This document shows, piece by piece, positions 49,913 to 63,784 of a stretch of DNA of 64,000 nt. The position numbers and the translations under genes were made by a program. The notes beneath the pieces were generated by a model. That model searched no databases, had not been told where the DNA came from, and worked only from the letters and a program-made list of their open reading frames with translations. The DNA lies in contig NW_021833040.1 in NCBI RefSeq assembly GCF_006345805.1, forward strand, positions 24,425-88,424, written 5' to 3'. The stretch is from Octopus sinensis (taxonomy: Eukaryota). Numbering within the stretch: position 1 is the first letter of the stretch; each line of letters begins with the position of its first letter.

Positions 49913-50450
49913 CGCGGGTCTAAATTGAGTTTCTTCACTACACAGCTATGTCTGGCCCGTGTCTATGGCAAGAAAAAATGTTTGTGGAAATTTGTGATGT
50001 TATACAAAGTTTAACTCAATACATTTAAAGTGAAATCTTTGTTATGATCAGGACGATCTTATACAGAATGGGACAACACAAGACAAACAGAAAACAAGAA
50101 TGTTATACGAGTTCGTACGGCATCATTTAAAAATTTACTAAAATATATATTATATACGATTAATTCAACCTTAGGCTAGAACTTTTTTTAAAACACATAA
50201 GAAAACAAAGCAAGAAAACAAATAAAAAGATTAGGAGATCGAACCCGGCAGCCTATAAGGCCCAGCAACTATTCCTTTCATCAATGATTAAGCTGGGTTA
50301 CTAACACCCACCTTTCTCCTCACGTCTTTCCATCGTTTCTCATATTCTCTCGGTGGCAAGGTCTTCCTCTCCAACCCCATCTTGCTCTTCAGATGGCATC
50401 TGAACTAATACAGCAAACCGTGGCCAGAGATGAAGGACCCTTTCACCGAA
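49910..50450 (-). mobile_element. L1/Tx1 ORF2 extreme C-terminus plus 3' UTR
   Basis: SFISGHGLLY*FRCHLKSKMGLERKTLPPREYEKRWKDV is homologous to LSGQDIITFFHF..RMEREV at about 27850-27945. Confidence 0.55.
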
Positions 50451-51249
50451 CCACTTATTACATTGAAAGACGACTTTTCACTCTCATTTCAAATTATACT
50501 TAATAGGCTTCAACGCACATCGCCACAAAATATTCTGTTTCGGTACATTTCATTGATTTTAGCCCGGAACGATGAAATTTATCATTTGCCGCCGACAGGA
50601 GCTTTCATCGATTTTTACTTTGCACAAATTCGAAACACGACATACAGCTTCAAATAAGTTATAATTTCTGTGGATATTTGTCGCCAGTGTTACTTTCTGG
50701 CAAACATCATTTGGTAAATAGTTCTGCCTATTATATCTTTCAGACACTATTAATTTAATTATATTTGTGATGGTTCGTACATTTATATTCTGTAGTTATT
50801 TACTTTATCACTCTTTATTAATTTGATTTTGTTTTTTGAACAATATATATATGTATGTGTGTATATATATATATACACTTCAGTATATAGCATTGTATAT
50901 ACATATTTGTATATGCATACGAATATATATCTGTGCATATGTATACATGTACGAATATGTATAATCGTGTATATATATATATGTTTATGATTGAGAGAGA
51001 AATGTGTATGTTTAGATATGTGTATATATGTATGAGTCTGAGAGTGTGTTTATTGCATTAATGATGAATATTGTAACATCGAGTCGCACTGTGTGAAAAA
51101 ACTCTACTCACTTTACAGTTTTAATTGAAGAAATATGACGCCTGTAATAAGTCTCTGCGAGACAATTATTGCGATAAAAGAATGTAGACAGTTCTTGTAT
51201 GTTGCTGGTATTTATTGTACGGACAACCAAAAGAAATATTGAAGTCGGT

Positions 51250-52000
51250 GAATTGGTGTAATCATAAGAAATGTATCGAAGAGAACGTTTTGCTTTAATG
51301 TCAACCCGGGTCATGGGCAAAACTGTGGTTTGGTGGACTTTCTGATTATCATGCGAACGAAAGCTTAGCCATAAATGTATTTGTAGTGCGGCTCGCCAGA
51401 TGACCAGTCATTCCTGGAGTGGCTTGCTTCTCTGAAAATCTTGACTATGCCGACCTGCGCTATGCGTTCAAATGGGACCATGTTTACTTTGAATTTAATG
51501 GTACCAGTCATGTACTTCTTTTGTTTTCTTCCTGTTCCCTTACATATTCACTTCTGTCGCACATCGAAGCGCGCAGAACGACTGAAAGCGACCCTTCTGT
51601 AGTTGGGTTAAGCAGCCCTTACTTTTCGAAAAAAAAAAAAAAAAAAGAATTCTACTGGATTCTCCCCTGGAGAAATGTGCAGCAATAAATCAAAAGGATG
51701 TGGAAGGAAACGTGCGGGTAAACATCGTTTTCTTTCGATATTCATGGACAAATCTGATATCGGAATATAGATTGTTCAATATAGATTGTTCGCTGCTTCG
51801 CAACCGATATGCCGAGGCACACAGGTGTACAACGAGACGATGCTGGGTCTGCCGCAGCGTAACCTGAATATAATATTTCCCTACAATTCTAGTTATGCTT
51901 TTAATTCGGGTGTGCCGCCGAATTTTGATAAGAATATATGTGCACCGCAGGTGAAAAAAGGCTACGGACCGCTGCTTTAACCTACCACGCATTCTTCCCG
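51250..52000 (-). mobile_element. Possible L1/Tx1 APE endonuclease relic
   Basis: Higher GC with degenerate RLVV..., G.F..VL..R.D and PG motifs across frameshifts. Confidence 0.35.
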
Positions 52001-52249
52001 TAACAATGATAAATATGGTTTCTAGCACCGTTATCTGTACTTAGCATTTTTTGTATTAATTTAAACCTCCGAAGGCGAGACAGTAGAACACAACGACTAA
52101 ATCCACTATGGTAGATTTTCAAAGAAGAAGGGGACGGTATATACGAATTTGGACAAGATTCGGAATACAGAAAGCTTTAATAAAAGTAGTTCTAGTTTCT
52201 AATTCTGACACAAGGTCAACAAAATTTTAGAAATGGATACTTGATCATA

Positions 52250-52566
52250 CTTCTTTTCGACGCCCTTTTCAAGCCAAGCCAGGCTCATGGGCCCGGTTTA
52301 CTGATTACTGTGGCGTATGTGTTACCCCCACCCCGACGGGACGCCAGTCTATCGCAGCGTTACTCAAGAAACAGGAAGAGGCAGTGAGAGAAAGTTGTGA
52401 CGAAAGAGTACAACAGGCGTCGCCACACACATCTCCAAGCGGAGCCTCGTGGAGCTTTTATGTGTCTTCGCTGAATAAACACACACAACGCCTAGTTTGG
52501 GAATCGAAACCATGCTTCTCAAACCGCGAGTTCCCTGCCCTAACCACTGGGCCATTGCGCCTCCAC
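52250..52566 (-). mobile_element. Chimeric SINE: family C head plus family D tail, with TSD
   Basis: TSD ACTTGATCATA at 52239-52249 and 52567-52577. Confidence 0.88.
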
Positions 52567-52599
52567 ACTTGATCATATTAACCCCATTGATTAATTGGT

Positions 52600-53095
52600 A
52601 CGTATTCTATCGACTCTGCATATATTATAGGCGAAACATACTTGGACAGAATTTGAACGCAGAAAGTACAGAGGAGGAAAAGACGTCGTTAAACCTCTGC
52701 CAGTTCGTAACCTTCAACAATTCGTAATTTAGACACATGGCTAGCTATTCTAAGGAGACGGAGATTAGTGCATTATGCTGACAGTAGATGACTACTATAT
52801 TACTTTATTGAATTCAAAATCATGAAAGCACAACTGACCACGGCGGAATTTGAACTCAAAGCGTATAGACCCGAAAGTAATACCACGAATATGCATTAAT
52901 GATACTGCCATCTCTTTGCCTTTGGATGCTTTTTAATTAAACCTGAGAACAGTAATTTTACTTCGTAGGGGTAACTCGTTACCATTGCTCCTGGGAGCAG
53001 ATTGCTAAATTATAACGTCGACTCCTGATGGATGAAAGCGAAGCTGACCTTGGCGGGATTTGAATTCCGAAACTTAAAGAGACATAACTAACTAC
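52600..53095 (-). mobile_element. Three degenerate family A fragments
   Basis: Repeated ggcggaatttgaactc-like motifs. Confidence 0.6.
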
Positions 53096-53599
53096 TTCGA
53101 GGCATTTCTGATTAAGAAACATATATAATCATACAACGAAATCAATATTTCTCCTCAGCACTATGATTTAATAAAGTCTACTCGACAAAATGCAAATTCA
53201 TACACATTAACATACACACAAACACACTCGATCTTCCTCTGCATCAGCCACTTCACCTTCAAGTAATACACGCATGCGAAGAGGATTAGAGAAAGCCAAT
53301 CTATAATCAATACTGCATTACTTCTTTCGTCAGTCTATTATGACCAGAAGTACGAATTATTGGGTGTTGAGCTGGATTGAGACTTATAATTGAAAATAGT
53401 GCGTTTCACCTCAACTTTTAGCTCATGTAGAAACTAGAAGAGCTGAATTAAGTGCTACAAGCTAGAGATCTACTATTCCACTGTAAAATAAAAACACTGC
53501 CACTTAAGGTAGCGGTTTCTCTGTAATATCAGGAAGATATCTGCTACTACAGAACGGTACCACAAAACAAACAAATACACACACATACACACACATAAT

Positions 53600-53810
53600 T
53601 TTATCTTTTATCTTTGACCTGTTTTAGTCATTTGACTGCGGCCGTGTTGGAGCACCGCCTTGATGAGTCTTAAACAAATCGACCGAATGACTTATTTCTT
53701 TAAATTATTTATGTTGTTGGTCTCCTTTTGCCGAAAAGCTACATTACGTGGACGTGAAGCACGGACACCGGTTGTCAAGCGGTGACGAGAGACAAGCAGA
53801 GGCGCACACA
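53600..53810 (-). mobile_element. SINE family B 3' module
   Basis: cagtcatttgactgcggccg...ggttgtcaagcgg. Confidence 0.75.
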
Positions 53811-53830
53811 TACATGTATATGTGCATGTG

Positions 53831-53900
<70 letters not shown>

Positions 53901-53975
53901 ATAGTTAATCCAAACAAAAAAACAACAACGCAAGGACGTGGAACAAATAAAGTATTATTGGACGCTCAGTAAAGA

Positions 53976-54023
<48 letters not shown>

Positions 54024-54321
54024 CTGTATGTTTATATATATATGTATGTATGTTAATATATATGTATATATATATATGCATTTATCTATATGTGTATGTA
54101 TATAGATTAGAGACAGGTATGTTCAGTATAGAATACACTTGGTAGTGTTCAAGGGATTTAAACATGACCAGGTAGAAGAGGAAACGTAAGATTAAGCGAG
54201 TCGACCAAGTCAATATACAAACAAATTATTGGATACATTTAATACAAAAATATACATTCACCCTCTCTTTTCTATGCTTTCTCTCTCTCTCTCACTCTCT
54301 CTATATATATGTTTCTTTATT

Positions 54322-54622
54322 TCGTTGTGGCTGTGTGGTAAGTAGATTGCTTAACAACCACGTGGCTCTTGGTTCAATCCCACTGCGTGGCAGCATGAGC
54401 AACTGTCTAATACTATAGCCGCAGTCAACCAAAGCTTTGTGAGTGGATTTGGTAGAGGGAAACTGAAAGAAGCCCGTCGTATATATATTCATGTGTATAT
54501 GTTTGTGTGTCTGTATTTTCCCTACCATGGCTTAAAAGTCGATGTTGGCGTGTTTAGGTCCCCGTAACTTAGCAGTTCAGGAAAAGAAACTGTTAGAATA
54601 AGTCTTGGGCTTACAAAGAACA
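54322..54622 (+). mobile_element. SINE family B, 3'-truncated at the LINE junction
   Basis: Sequence match to family B. Confidence 0.8.
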
Positions 54623-54624
54623 AG

Positions 54625-56180
54625 TGTCTGGCACAGTGCAGTGTCAGCCCGTTGCGGCATTGGTGTATCTTTCATTGCCAAAATTTGGCACAATTCCTTC
54701 CAGGATGTTCCAGATGTATATTACTGCATACCACTCCCGCCTCTGCTGCAGGGAGTAGCGTCTTAGCTCTTTCATCCTTTCCCTGTTGCTCAGCTGTTGC
54801 AATGAGATTCTCTTCCGTCTGAAGTTTCGCTGAATTGCTTCAAGATCCGCTGTTAATTTTACACTCTTGGGTGACTATAGCCAGGAGAAATAATCTAAGC
54901 GGCTGAAGACGAATGTCCTCCAGATGACCATCATAGTTTCTTTGTCTCTGCTTCTGAACGTTCTCAGGATTCATCCAGCCAGTCATCAGTACTTTGTTGC
55001 AATTTTGGTAATGTGCACCTGGAAAGTGATAAGTCACTCATGTCGATAAGCACGTTCCTCATTGATTTAGGCTCTCGTATTGTAATCCCCTGTGGACCAC
55101 TGTACCCTGTCAGTTTCATATTAAGTTTTGAACGTTGGTCGTGCAGGGCTTGGAATTTTCTTTTACATTAAACTGCATATTTTTATCCTCAGCCCATCTG
55201 CAACCTGAATCCAACACCTGCTGCTGGTGTGCAATATCGCTGGAGTTCTGTATTTATGCGAGAGTCTCTCATATCGTCTACGTAGCTAGGAAGGGTTGCT
55301 ATCCGGGCAGCTGAGTGTTAATCTGAGAAGGCCATAATTGAAAGCAGTGGTCCCAAGACTGCCCTGTTGTACACCACTCCCTAATTATGTCATATTTGAG
55401 GCGGCTGCGTAGGTCACTACTGCCTGACATCTATCTTTCAGAAATTCATGTAACCACGCTTAAAGTTTTCCAGCTATGCCGAGATCGTGCAGTTTGTAGC
55501 ATATCATACCATGATCTCCTTTATCAAAAGCTTTTGCAAAGTCAAGTTATATTACATCCACATTTGAGTTGTTGAGTAACTGCCTCATCACCCAGTCATA
55601 AAGCTGTACAAGCTGGGTCAGGCACATTCTACCTGGTCGAAAGCCATGCTCGGTATCACTCAACAAGTTGTTTTCGTCAAGGAATCTGGTTAGTTTTCCT
55701 TTGACTATCCGCTCAATGATTTTGCTGATGTATGAAATCAGAAAGATATGCCTACAGTTTTTGGTATCTGATCCGCTTTCTCCTTTATGGATTGGGCATA
55801 TTATTCCTCCTTTCAGTTTGCTTGGCAGCCTGCCATTTGTAAAAAAGCTCTGGAAGAGAGTCTGTAGTGGATTCGCTAGGGCACGCTTACATGATTTGAG
55901 GAGGATAGCTGGGAAAACATTAGGGCCTGCAGTTGAGTTTGCGTTCACCTCTTATATGGTTAGTAGTACATCTTCTTCGCTAATGTCAATGTAATCCATC
56001 GTAGCTGTTTCGCTGGTAAAAGGTGAGGCGGCAAACAAATCCACTTGTTCGTTCACTTGTCTGTGTTCCAACGAGGTGGTAAAGACACTTTTGAACTGGT
56101 CATTCAGTACCTCACTGATCATGGTCGGACTATCAGTGAGTGAGCCATCATTTTGGAAGAGGGGTCCTATTTTGATGGTT
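54625..56180 (-). mobile_element. CR1/Jockey-like LINE, reverse transcriptase pseudogene fragment
   Basis: ORF 55547-55948 has AGPNVFPAILLK..GIICPIHKG..KIIERIV..HGFRPGRMCLTQL; downstream LDFAKAFDK, GVQQGS and YVDD motifs with stops. Confidence 0.92.
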
Positions 56181-57021
56181 TTTTTTTTACATCCCTGTAA
56201 CTTAAACGTTTAGCAGAAGAGACCAAATGATTTTGTTTTCAAAGTAAGATCGAACATTGTGTTTTTCAATGTGTATTGTAATCGATTTGTTGGACTGAAA
56301 CCCTGAAGGTGATGCGTCGGAATGGCCTAAAATCTACAATGTGGTACACCACCAAATAATGTCAGTTTGTGTAAAAGTGCAGTCCTATGAGTGAAACAAA
56401 TACAATGCAAAAGATAATTATTCATTTGAAAATATTGAATAAATTAATTAGGTAGCAAATCCTAAGTATATAACAGGAAAGGTGAAAGCAACTGAAATTC
56501 CCAAGTAATAAAAAAAAAAATGAAGTTGAAAACTAAGTAATTGATTTAGATTGTATTTGGAGTCGACCCAAAATGAAATCATTTAGTAAAAATACAGTCA
56601 GTCTAGGATGGAAGTTTATTAGGAAGAATCAATAAAGAAACTATCAATTTTAATAGTTCATTATCTCAAGCCAATTAATCATCTTATATGAGTTATCAGT
56701 TACTGAACAATATATATAAACAAAGATTTTGTTGTCTACATACTGCTCATATTCCACTAAATTATATATGATCACGAACAAGTCGTACAGACAAATGTTT
56801 ATGTTCTTGGAGAGACAATTCAGAAAGTTTATGGCGTGTTTTTCAATGAAAATATCTTTACACCGAGAGAGGCAGAAACTATAAATTAAGTTTTAGAAGA
56901 TTAACTATATTAAAGATACAATTTATTTCCCAGGATCTGCTAAAACTTTATAAGATATTTGAAGCGACAGAAATATTTACCAACACTTTTATTTCGTTTT
57001 TAATGTTTTAAAATTTATAAA

Positions 57022-57420
57022 GTCGACGAGCTGGCAGAACCGTTAGCACGCTGGGCGAAATGCTTAGCAGTAGTTCGTCTGCCGCTACATTTTGAGTTCA
57101 AATTCCGCCGAGGTCGACTTTGCATTTCATCCTTTCGGGGTCGATTAAATAAATACCAGTTACGCACTGGGATCGATGTAATCGACTTAATCCCTTTGTC
57201 TGTCCTTGTTTGTCCCCTCTATGTTTAGCCCCTTGTGGGCAATAAAGAAATAAGAATCGTTAGTACGCCGGCCAAACCGTTCAGCTGCTTCTCTTGACGT
57301 GCAAAGCTCAAATCATGCAGAGGTCAACTTTGCCTTCCATTTATTCTTTCCAATAAAATGAAGGAACAGTAAAATATTGGAGTCACTGTAATCGATCGAC
57401 TGTCTCCTCAAATTTCAGTA
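57022..57420 (+). mobile_element. SINE family A (57022-57252) inside or next to an older family A copy
   Basis: Sequence match to family A. Confidence 0.88.
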
Positions 57421-58334
57421 TTTTTCGTTTATTAGTAACAATTATCTTAACATTTACTAAATAGGGTATTAAATATTATTATTCACTACGCAGACTTGTT
57501 TTATATCGAAGCGTAAATTAATTAGTAAGTAAATAACATTCCGTGTTTCATGGTCCGCTTTGTCGTTGACTTCATTCCCTAGCACTGATTATCCTCAGTG
57601 TCTGAAACGAACATCAAATTCTGTATTAACATTTTCAATTCTTTATATCAATATATCCAATAACCTTCCGGCTATACAGAATTCACGTCACATTTACACA
57701 GAGAGTGTAAATATCTAGATGGATACATTCATAGATTTATTAGAAATCTGCCGCGGGCATTTAAATGTGTTGCTAGACGAAACACTAAAGTAGCATTGTC
57801 AGTATTCATCTACCTGTCAGAAATCAGGTATCCTATATTCCGACAACAGATGTATAGCGTACATCACCCAATAATACTTATCTGTCATCACGCGATATCA
57901 AACAATTAACTATTTATCAAACCACTACGTATGAAGGATAAATATTTACTATTATGTTTTACACGAATATAAATTTATATTTATGCGTGTAGCGTTATAG
58001 TCTCGCTTATATCTTGTTGAATATTTTCGAAAAAGAGGAGGGGGGTTTCATTCGTAACATTTCTGTGATTTAGCAGTAAATAAGCGTTTGATTCGCAGCA
58101 GGACAATTAATTCTGTGTGCCTTAATTCACTAGATGTCTGGAATGGTCAACAAATCTTCAATCAACGTTTGTGTCTTGCATGAATATCTGTAGAAAACAG
58201 CTGGAAAACACTGGAGTGCATCTTCTTTCAATAAATGATTAATATACAAGTTCCACGACATTTTGGTTCACCATAAATATTACGTTGTTCTTGTGAAAGT
58301 ATACATACATGCATGTGTGTATGAATCTACACAG

Positions 58335-58360
58335 ACCCATACACACAAACTCACACACAC

Positions 58361-58392
<32 letters not shown>

Positions 58393-58695
58393 GCATATAT
58401 ACACATATCAGGACACACGCACACAAACACACACACACATATATATATATATATATCTATATATATGTATATATATATATGCATATATACACATATCCGG
58501 ACACACGCACACAAACACACACACATATATATATATATATCTATATATATGTATATATATATACACATATATACACATATCCGGACACACGCACACAAAC
58601 ACACACACATATATATATATATATATATCTATATATGTATATATATACACATATATACACATATCCGGACACACGCACACAAACACACATATATA

Positions 58696-58744
<49 letters not shown>

Positions 58745-58767
58745 CCGGACACACGCACACAAACACA

Positions 58768-58810
<43 letters not shown>

Positions 58811-58855
58811 TCTATGTATGTATACATATATATATGTGTGTGTATATATATATAC
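58335..58855. repeat. Higher-order minisatellite: five units of about 80-88 bp built from microsatellites
   Basis: Anchor ATATC(C/A)GGACACACGCACACAAACAC at 58405, 58493, 58577, 58661 and 58741. Confidence 0.92.
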
Positions 58856-59289
58856 GTAAAGACCTACAGGCATAAAAATATCAACGTATCTGTTTTAAAA
58901 TGACTAGTTCATATTTTTCTTTTATGCGTGAGATTGAATTTTATCTCCACAAATATATTTCTGTTTACTTGTCATACAATTTACACAGTCTTACTCAAAC
59001 TCTCTGACACACACACACACACACACACCACACCTTCTCTCTCTCTTTTCTCTTTTCCTCTCTCTCTCACTCTCACCCACTCATCTCTCTACATGTCTGT
59101 GTGTACGTATACTTATATGTAGATCTCTGTATGTGGGAGTTTAGTTGATTTTTATTCATTCCAAATTTATTTTACTTATATTCTTTCCTATATCTTGAAA
59201 GATTTACGAAGATTGCTTTTGATTATCATTCTAACGTTTCAAACTGCTATGGCCATCGTTTCTTATTAACAAACAAACAAAAAATAAAG

Positions 59290-59900
59290 GAAAACAAAGC
59301 GTAGCTAGACCATCATCACCATCATCATCACCAACATCGCCAACAACATTGCGATTGCGGTAGCAAAAACAGCTATCTATCGCAACAGCAGTTGCTATTT
59401 TTAAAGCTATTATTATCAGTGTTATTATTATTATTATTATCATTATTATTATTATCATTATTATCATTATTATTATCATCATCATCGTTATTTTTGTTAT
59501 TATCGACATCATCATTATCATTATTATTATCATTATTATTATTATTTTTGTTATTATTATCCTCACCATTATTATTATCATCATTGTTATTTTTGTTATT
59601 ATAAACATCATCATTACTTTATTATTATTATTGTTATTGTTGTTATTATTATCCTCATCATTATTATTATCATTATCGTTATTTTTGTTATTATCGACAT
59701 CGTCATTATGATTTTATTATTATCATCATCATTATTATTATTGTTATTATTATTATACTCATTATTATTATCATCGCTATTTTTGTTATTATCAATATCA
59801 TCATTATTATTATTTTTTATTATTACTATTTACGTTATTCTTCTTCTTATTAATATTATTACTATTTACGTTATTCTTCTTCTTATCATTATTATTACAA
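59290..59900. repeat. (ATT/ATC)n tract with internal higher-order duplications
   Basis: Recurrent cgttatttttgttattatcgacatc and attactatttacgttattcttctt. Confidence 0.9.
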
Positions 59901-60019
59901 ATATATATATATAGCTAACTACAATTACAAAATGATAATGAAATTATATTGATTTTGTTTGTGAGGCACAAGGCCAAACTGTTATACTATTCTACGAGCA
60001 CGAAATAAAAACAAAAATA

Positions 60020-60362
60020 ATAACAAGAAGAAGGTTTAAGAAATGTAAGAGCAAATATTCAAAAGAAGTAAAAAAAAAATTGAAAATAAATAGAAAACCA
60101 AATAACAATGAAGAAAAATGAATGAAAGAATTAACAAAGAAAGAAATAGATAACAAGAAGAAGTAAAATAAACTTCAGCAGAGAAGAAAGTTTTAAATGA
60201 ATGAGAGGGAATAAAGTTTACAAAGAAGAAAAAAATGGTAGGGAGAAAAAGAAGAAAGAAACAAAGATAAAAGAAAAGAAATGGATGCAAAAGAAAATGC
60301 ATAAGAAGAAGATGAAATGAAGGATGAGAAGAAAAAAAGAACAGAAAGTTAACAAAAGCCAA
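60020..60362. repeat. A/G-rich low-complexity tract
   Basis: Directly visible. Confidence 0.85.
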
Positions 60363-60756
60363 TGATTGTATTTTTTTTTTCTTCCGAAAGACAGCTGAAC
60401 ATTCTCAGTAGAGTATAATATAATATTATAAGAAAATGGTTCAATCGCTTTGTGTTATTACTTTTATTTATTTCATCAAAATCAAGCAATCTGTCGACAA
60501 AACTAACTTTAATAACTTCTGTCTTTGAAAACTCACACAGATACAAACATGCTGCACACAGACGTGCACAGGGACTCACACGCGTACGTTCGTATTAATA
60601 CGTATGTATGCGCACACACATAAAAACATACCTTATATATATATATTAATTCATTCACATATATATGCATTCGCACATATACAGATATATATATATACTA
60701 AATTACAGCCAATTTTAAAACAATGGAAACGATTAGCATGTACCTTTGATATATAT

Positions 60757-60808
<52 letters not shown>

Positions 60809-60912
60809 ATGAGTAGTGATATAGGAAATATATGAGATGAATGGAAATAGAGATAACTGCATGTATAGTTTTATACAATCTTAGATTCTATTGTTAAATA
60901 TTCTTCCCCTAA

Positions 60913-60950
<38 letters not shown>

Positions 60951-61504
60951 TACAATAATTCATATATTCACAATGAGGAAACCACCCACTCACGTACAAC
61001 ACAGAAATAGACCAACACACTCATACAAACACGCACACTTACATAAATACATACATACACATTCAAACATTCAGACGTACTCAATCTAACCCTTTTCTAT
61101 TTTCGACGGTAATTTCTAAGAAAATATCAATTGTAAAAGAAAAAAGGGTAATTATAAGTGTAGCTTAGAAATATAAAAAGGATTGAAGGAAGAAGAAAGA
61201 TATTTGAGTACTTTAATTGAGTTATTTTAAATTATTAAATTACAATTAATTCGTATAGAATAAGAGATGCATTATTTTATTATACGGTTACGTTGACATT
61301 GTACGTAGTAACTCATCGTCGCCATTCAGAAAATATACAAACAATAGTTAAATTATTGTTAAGATGTTTAATACAGTAATCATTAAAATTACTAACAATA
61401 AATAATTATACGGTGTAGGCAAAATAATGTTCGACAATGAATAATATTATTTCTTTTCCTTTCAGGAATTACGTATGGTAAACTAGGATACGTTTCGTAA
61501 TTAT

Positions 61505-61740
61505 TAAGACACTATCAGTAATAATTAAAGGCACGTGGCAAGATCGCATGTTCATTGATTCTTTTACCAAAAGTTTGGTGCGTTGTATTCATGAGCAAAA
61601 CACTTCGTTTAAAGTTGCTCCTGTCCACTCATCTCTAACTGGATAACTCTGGCCTGTAGCACTTTAACTTGAGACAGTAACGTGCTGTGGTCGGTGATGG
61701 TAATCATTGATAAGGGAGTTTTTTCATAGGTGTAAGCTTC
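61505..61740 (+). mobile_element. Degenerate family D-like SINE
   Basis: catgagcaaaacacttc...gttgctcc is the reverse complement of the motif in 34575-34610. Confidence 0.5.
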
Positions 61741-62444
61741 TAATTTGTTTTCTAGATTTTGTGCAACGTATATTTATTCTACAGTTATCTCTGTCTTAAA
61801 AGATATATTATCTAAAGCCCTCCATCCATAACGCATAACGCGTCCGGCCATTCTTGAGAAGTGTGTATCTATTCCTATGTCTTCCATTTTCTACAGACAG
61901 TGGAGTATATTTGTGAGTAGAGTTTAGCTACGCCTTTTACTACTATCTTGAAGAACCCTATTCACGAATTCATGTAACATTGTTTTTATGTCAGTCTCTC
62001 AATATTACCCAGTTTTGGTCTTCTCACATACGCGACACATAGCAACCACATTAAGTCGTTGCTCAGTCCTGTCTGGATCTTTCGTTTTCCCCTGGACAAC
62101 CAGCACTCCTAGATGATGTTTTCCTATCCGATGATGATTACGTCAAAGGTGTAATAAGACTGATCTGAGAGTTGTGCCGCTATGACATTTTTTAATGGTA
62201 TGCTGTTTGGGCAGCTTAGTGTTACATTCCTGGTTCAAATCGGAGAATATCAGTTTTATATTTAGCTCTATTTAGATTCAAAAAATGACGACCATTTGAA
62301 TGCAGGGGTAGATCTAAACGACTTTAACTTTGACCAAATGTAAATATTAATGTGAATGTTAGAAAAACCTAAATTCTCCGAGAACGTATTGTATGAAAGA
62401 TAAGCAAATTTTAATTTATCATTATTTTCAAATTTTGTAAGAGG

Positions 62445-63110
62445 GCCCGGAAGTTCAGGAGAGGGGCTATGGGGATTACATTCACTCCAGTTCTGATCTG
62501 ATACTTATTTCATAAACCTTGCAAGGATGCAAGGAGTCGATCTAAGCGAAATAAGAGCTCTCGAGTTAATGGCGGACAAAATATCGCTCAGCTAACGATT
62601 CTTACTTCTTTACTGTCCACAAGGAGCTACACTCAGAGAGGACAAACAAGGACAGACAAACGGATAAAGTCGATTACAACGGCCCCAGTGCTTAAATGGT
62701 ACTTATTTAATCGACCCTGAAAGGATGAAAGGCAAATTCGACCTCGCCGGAATTTGAACTTAGAACATAGCGGCAACCGAAATACCGCTAAGCATTTCGC
62801 CCGGTGTGCTATCGTTTCTGCCAGCTTCCCGCCTTGTAGAGCTAACGATTCTGCCAGCTCACCGCCTTTGCTAAAAAATTGAATTTAATGTTGATTTCAA
62901 TGTTTTGAAACAAGACCTGCAATTTGGGGGAGAAGGCGGAGTGTTGCTTAAGCCAACACCAGTGCTCAGCTAGTAATTATTTTATCTGCCCAGAACTTAC
63001 TGAAAATCAAAGTCGTCCAAGGCGGAATTTGAACTCAGGAATTACAGGTACACGAAATTATGCTAAGCATTTTGCCCGGTGCACTAACAAGACTGCTCAC
63101 CGCCTTAGAT
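62445..63110 (-). mobile_element. Young family A SINE (62605-62835) nested in an older family A copy, plus a further degenerate copy
   Basis: TSD GCTAACGATTCT at 62591-62602 and 62841-62852. Confidence 0.88.
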
Positions 63111-63784
63111 TTGAAGTCAACATTCGTGTGCTAAAGAAGTCGCTCCTGTTGTTGACACAACATTGACACAAATATTCAAATTAGTGGCAAGATCAATGGG
63201 CAAAAACCTTCATTATGTTTTCTGTGGTATATCATGCCATCCCCTTAAATCTAATCTCTTGAGAAATAGCATCCCATGGCAGCTCCTAAAGTTGTCATTG
63301 ATTTCTTTAACTTGTTAGATACTTTTCATCAGAATTTACACTCCATTTCTGTAGATTACGCTCCGGTAATCGTGCTTCAATTTCATTCAACTGAGATTTT
63401 AAAATCAAAAAGTAAACTGAAGTGAAACTAATCCATTTATAAGTAACCGTTGCTTGCGGCTGTACGCATACAGAAGTGGCGATACATCAGAAACGGAAAT
63501 CTCACGGGACATACTATACACACATAGAAACTTTTTTTTAACTTGTGTTTGTGTTGATAGCTTGATATGTTTATAGTTTTCGCTCATTGGACTGTGGCGA
63601 AGCTGCGGCACTGTCTGGTTTTTATTTGTTCTAGCATCTATCTCTCTAATCACAATGCGAGTTTTGTTTCCTTTTTTTTTTTAGGTTAAAAGGTGTTTTT
63701 TTTTTCTTTTCTGTTTTGTATTTTTCATTTTGTCTCTTACGTTCGCTCGCAGTGTTGTGTCAACCACATGCATACGCACAAACA

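Noticed and set aside
61780-62250. Possible decayed LINE fragment on minus
   Set aside because: No diagnostic RT or endonuclease motif could be reconstructed.
3374-63166. Recurrent ORFs with RPRKDERQSRPRRNLNS (3374, 9824, 45446, 62924)
   Set aside because: These are incidental frames through family A SINE copies, not a gene family.
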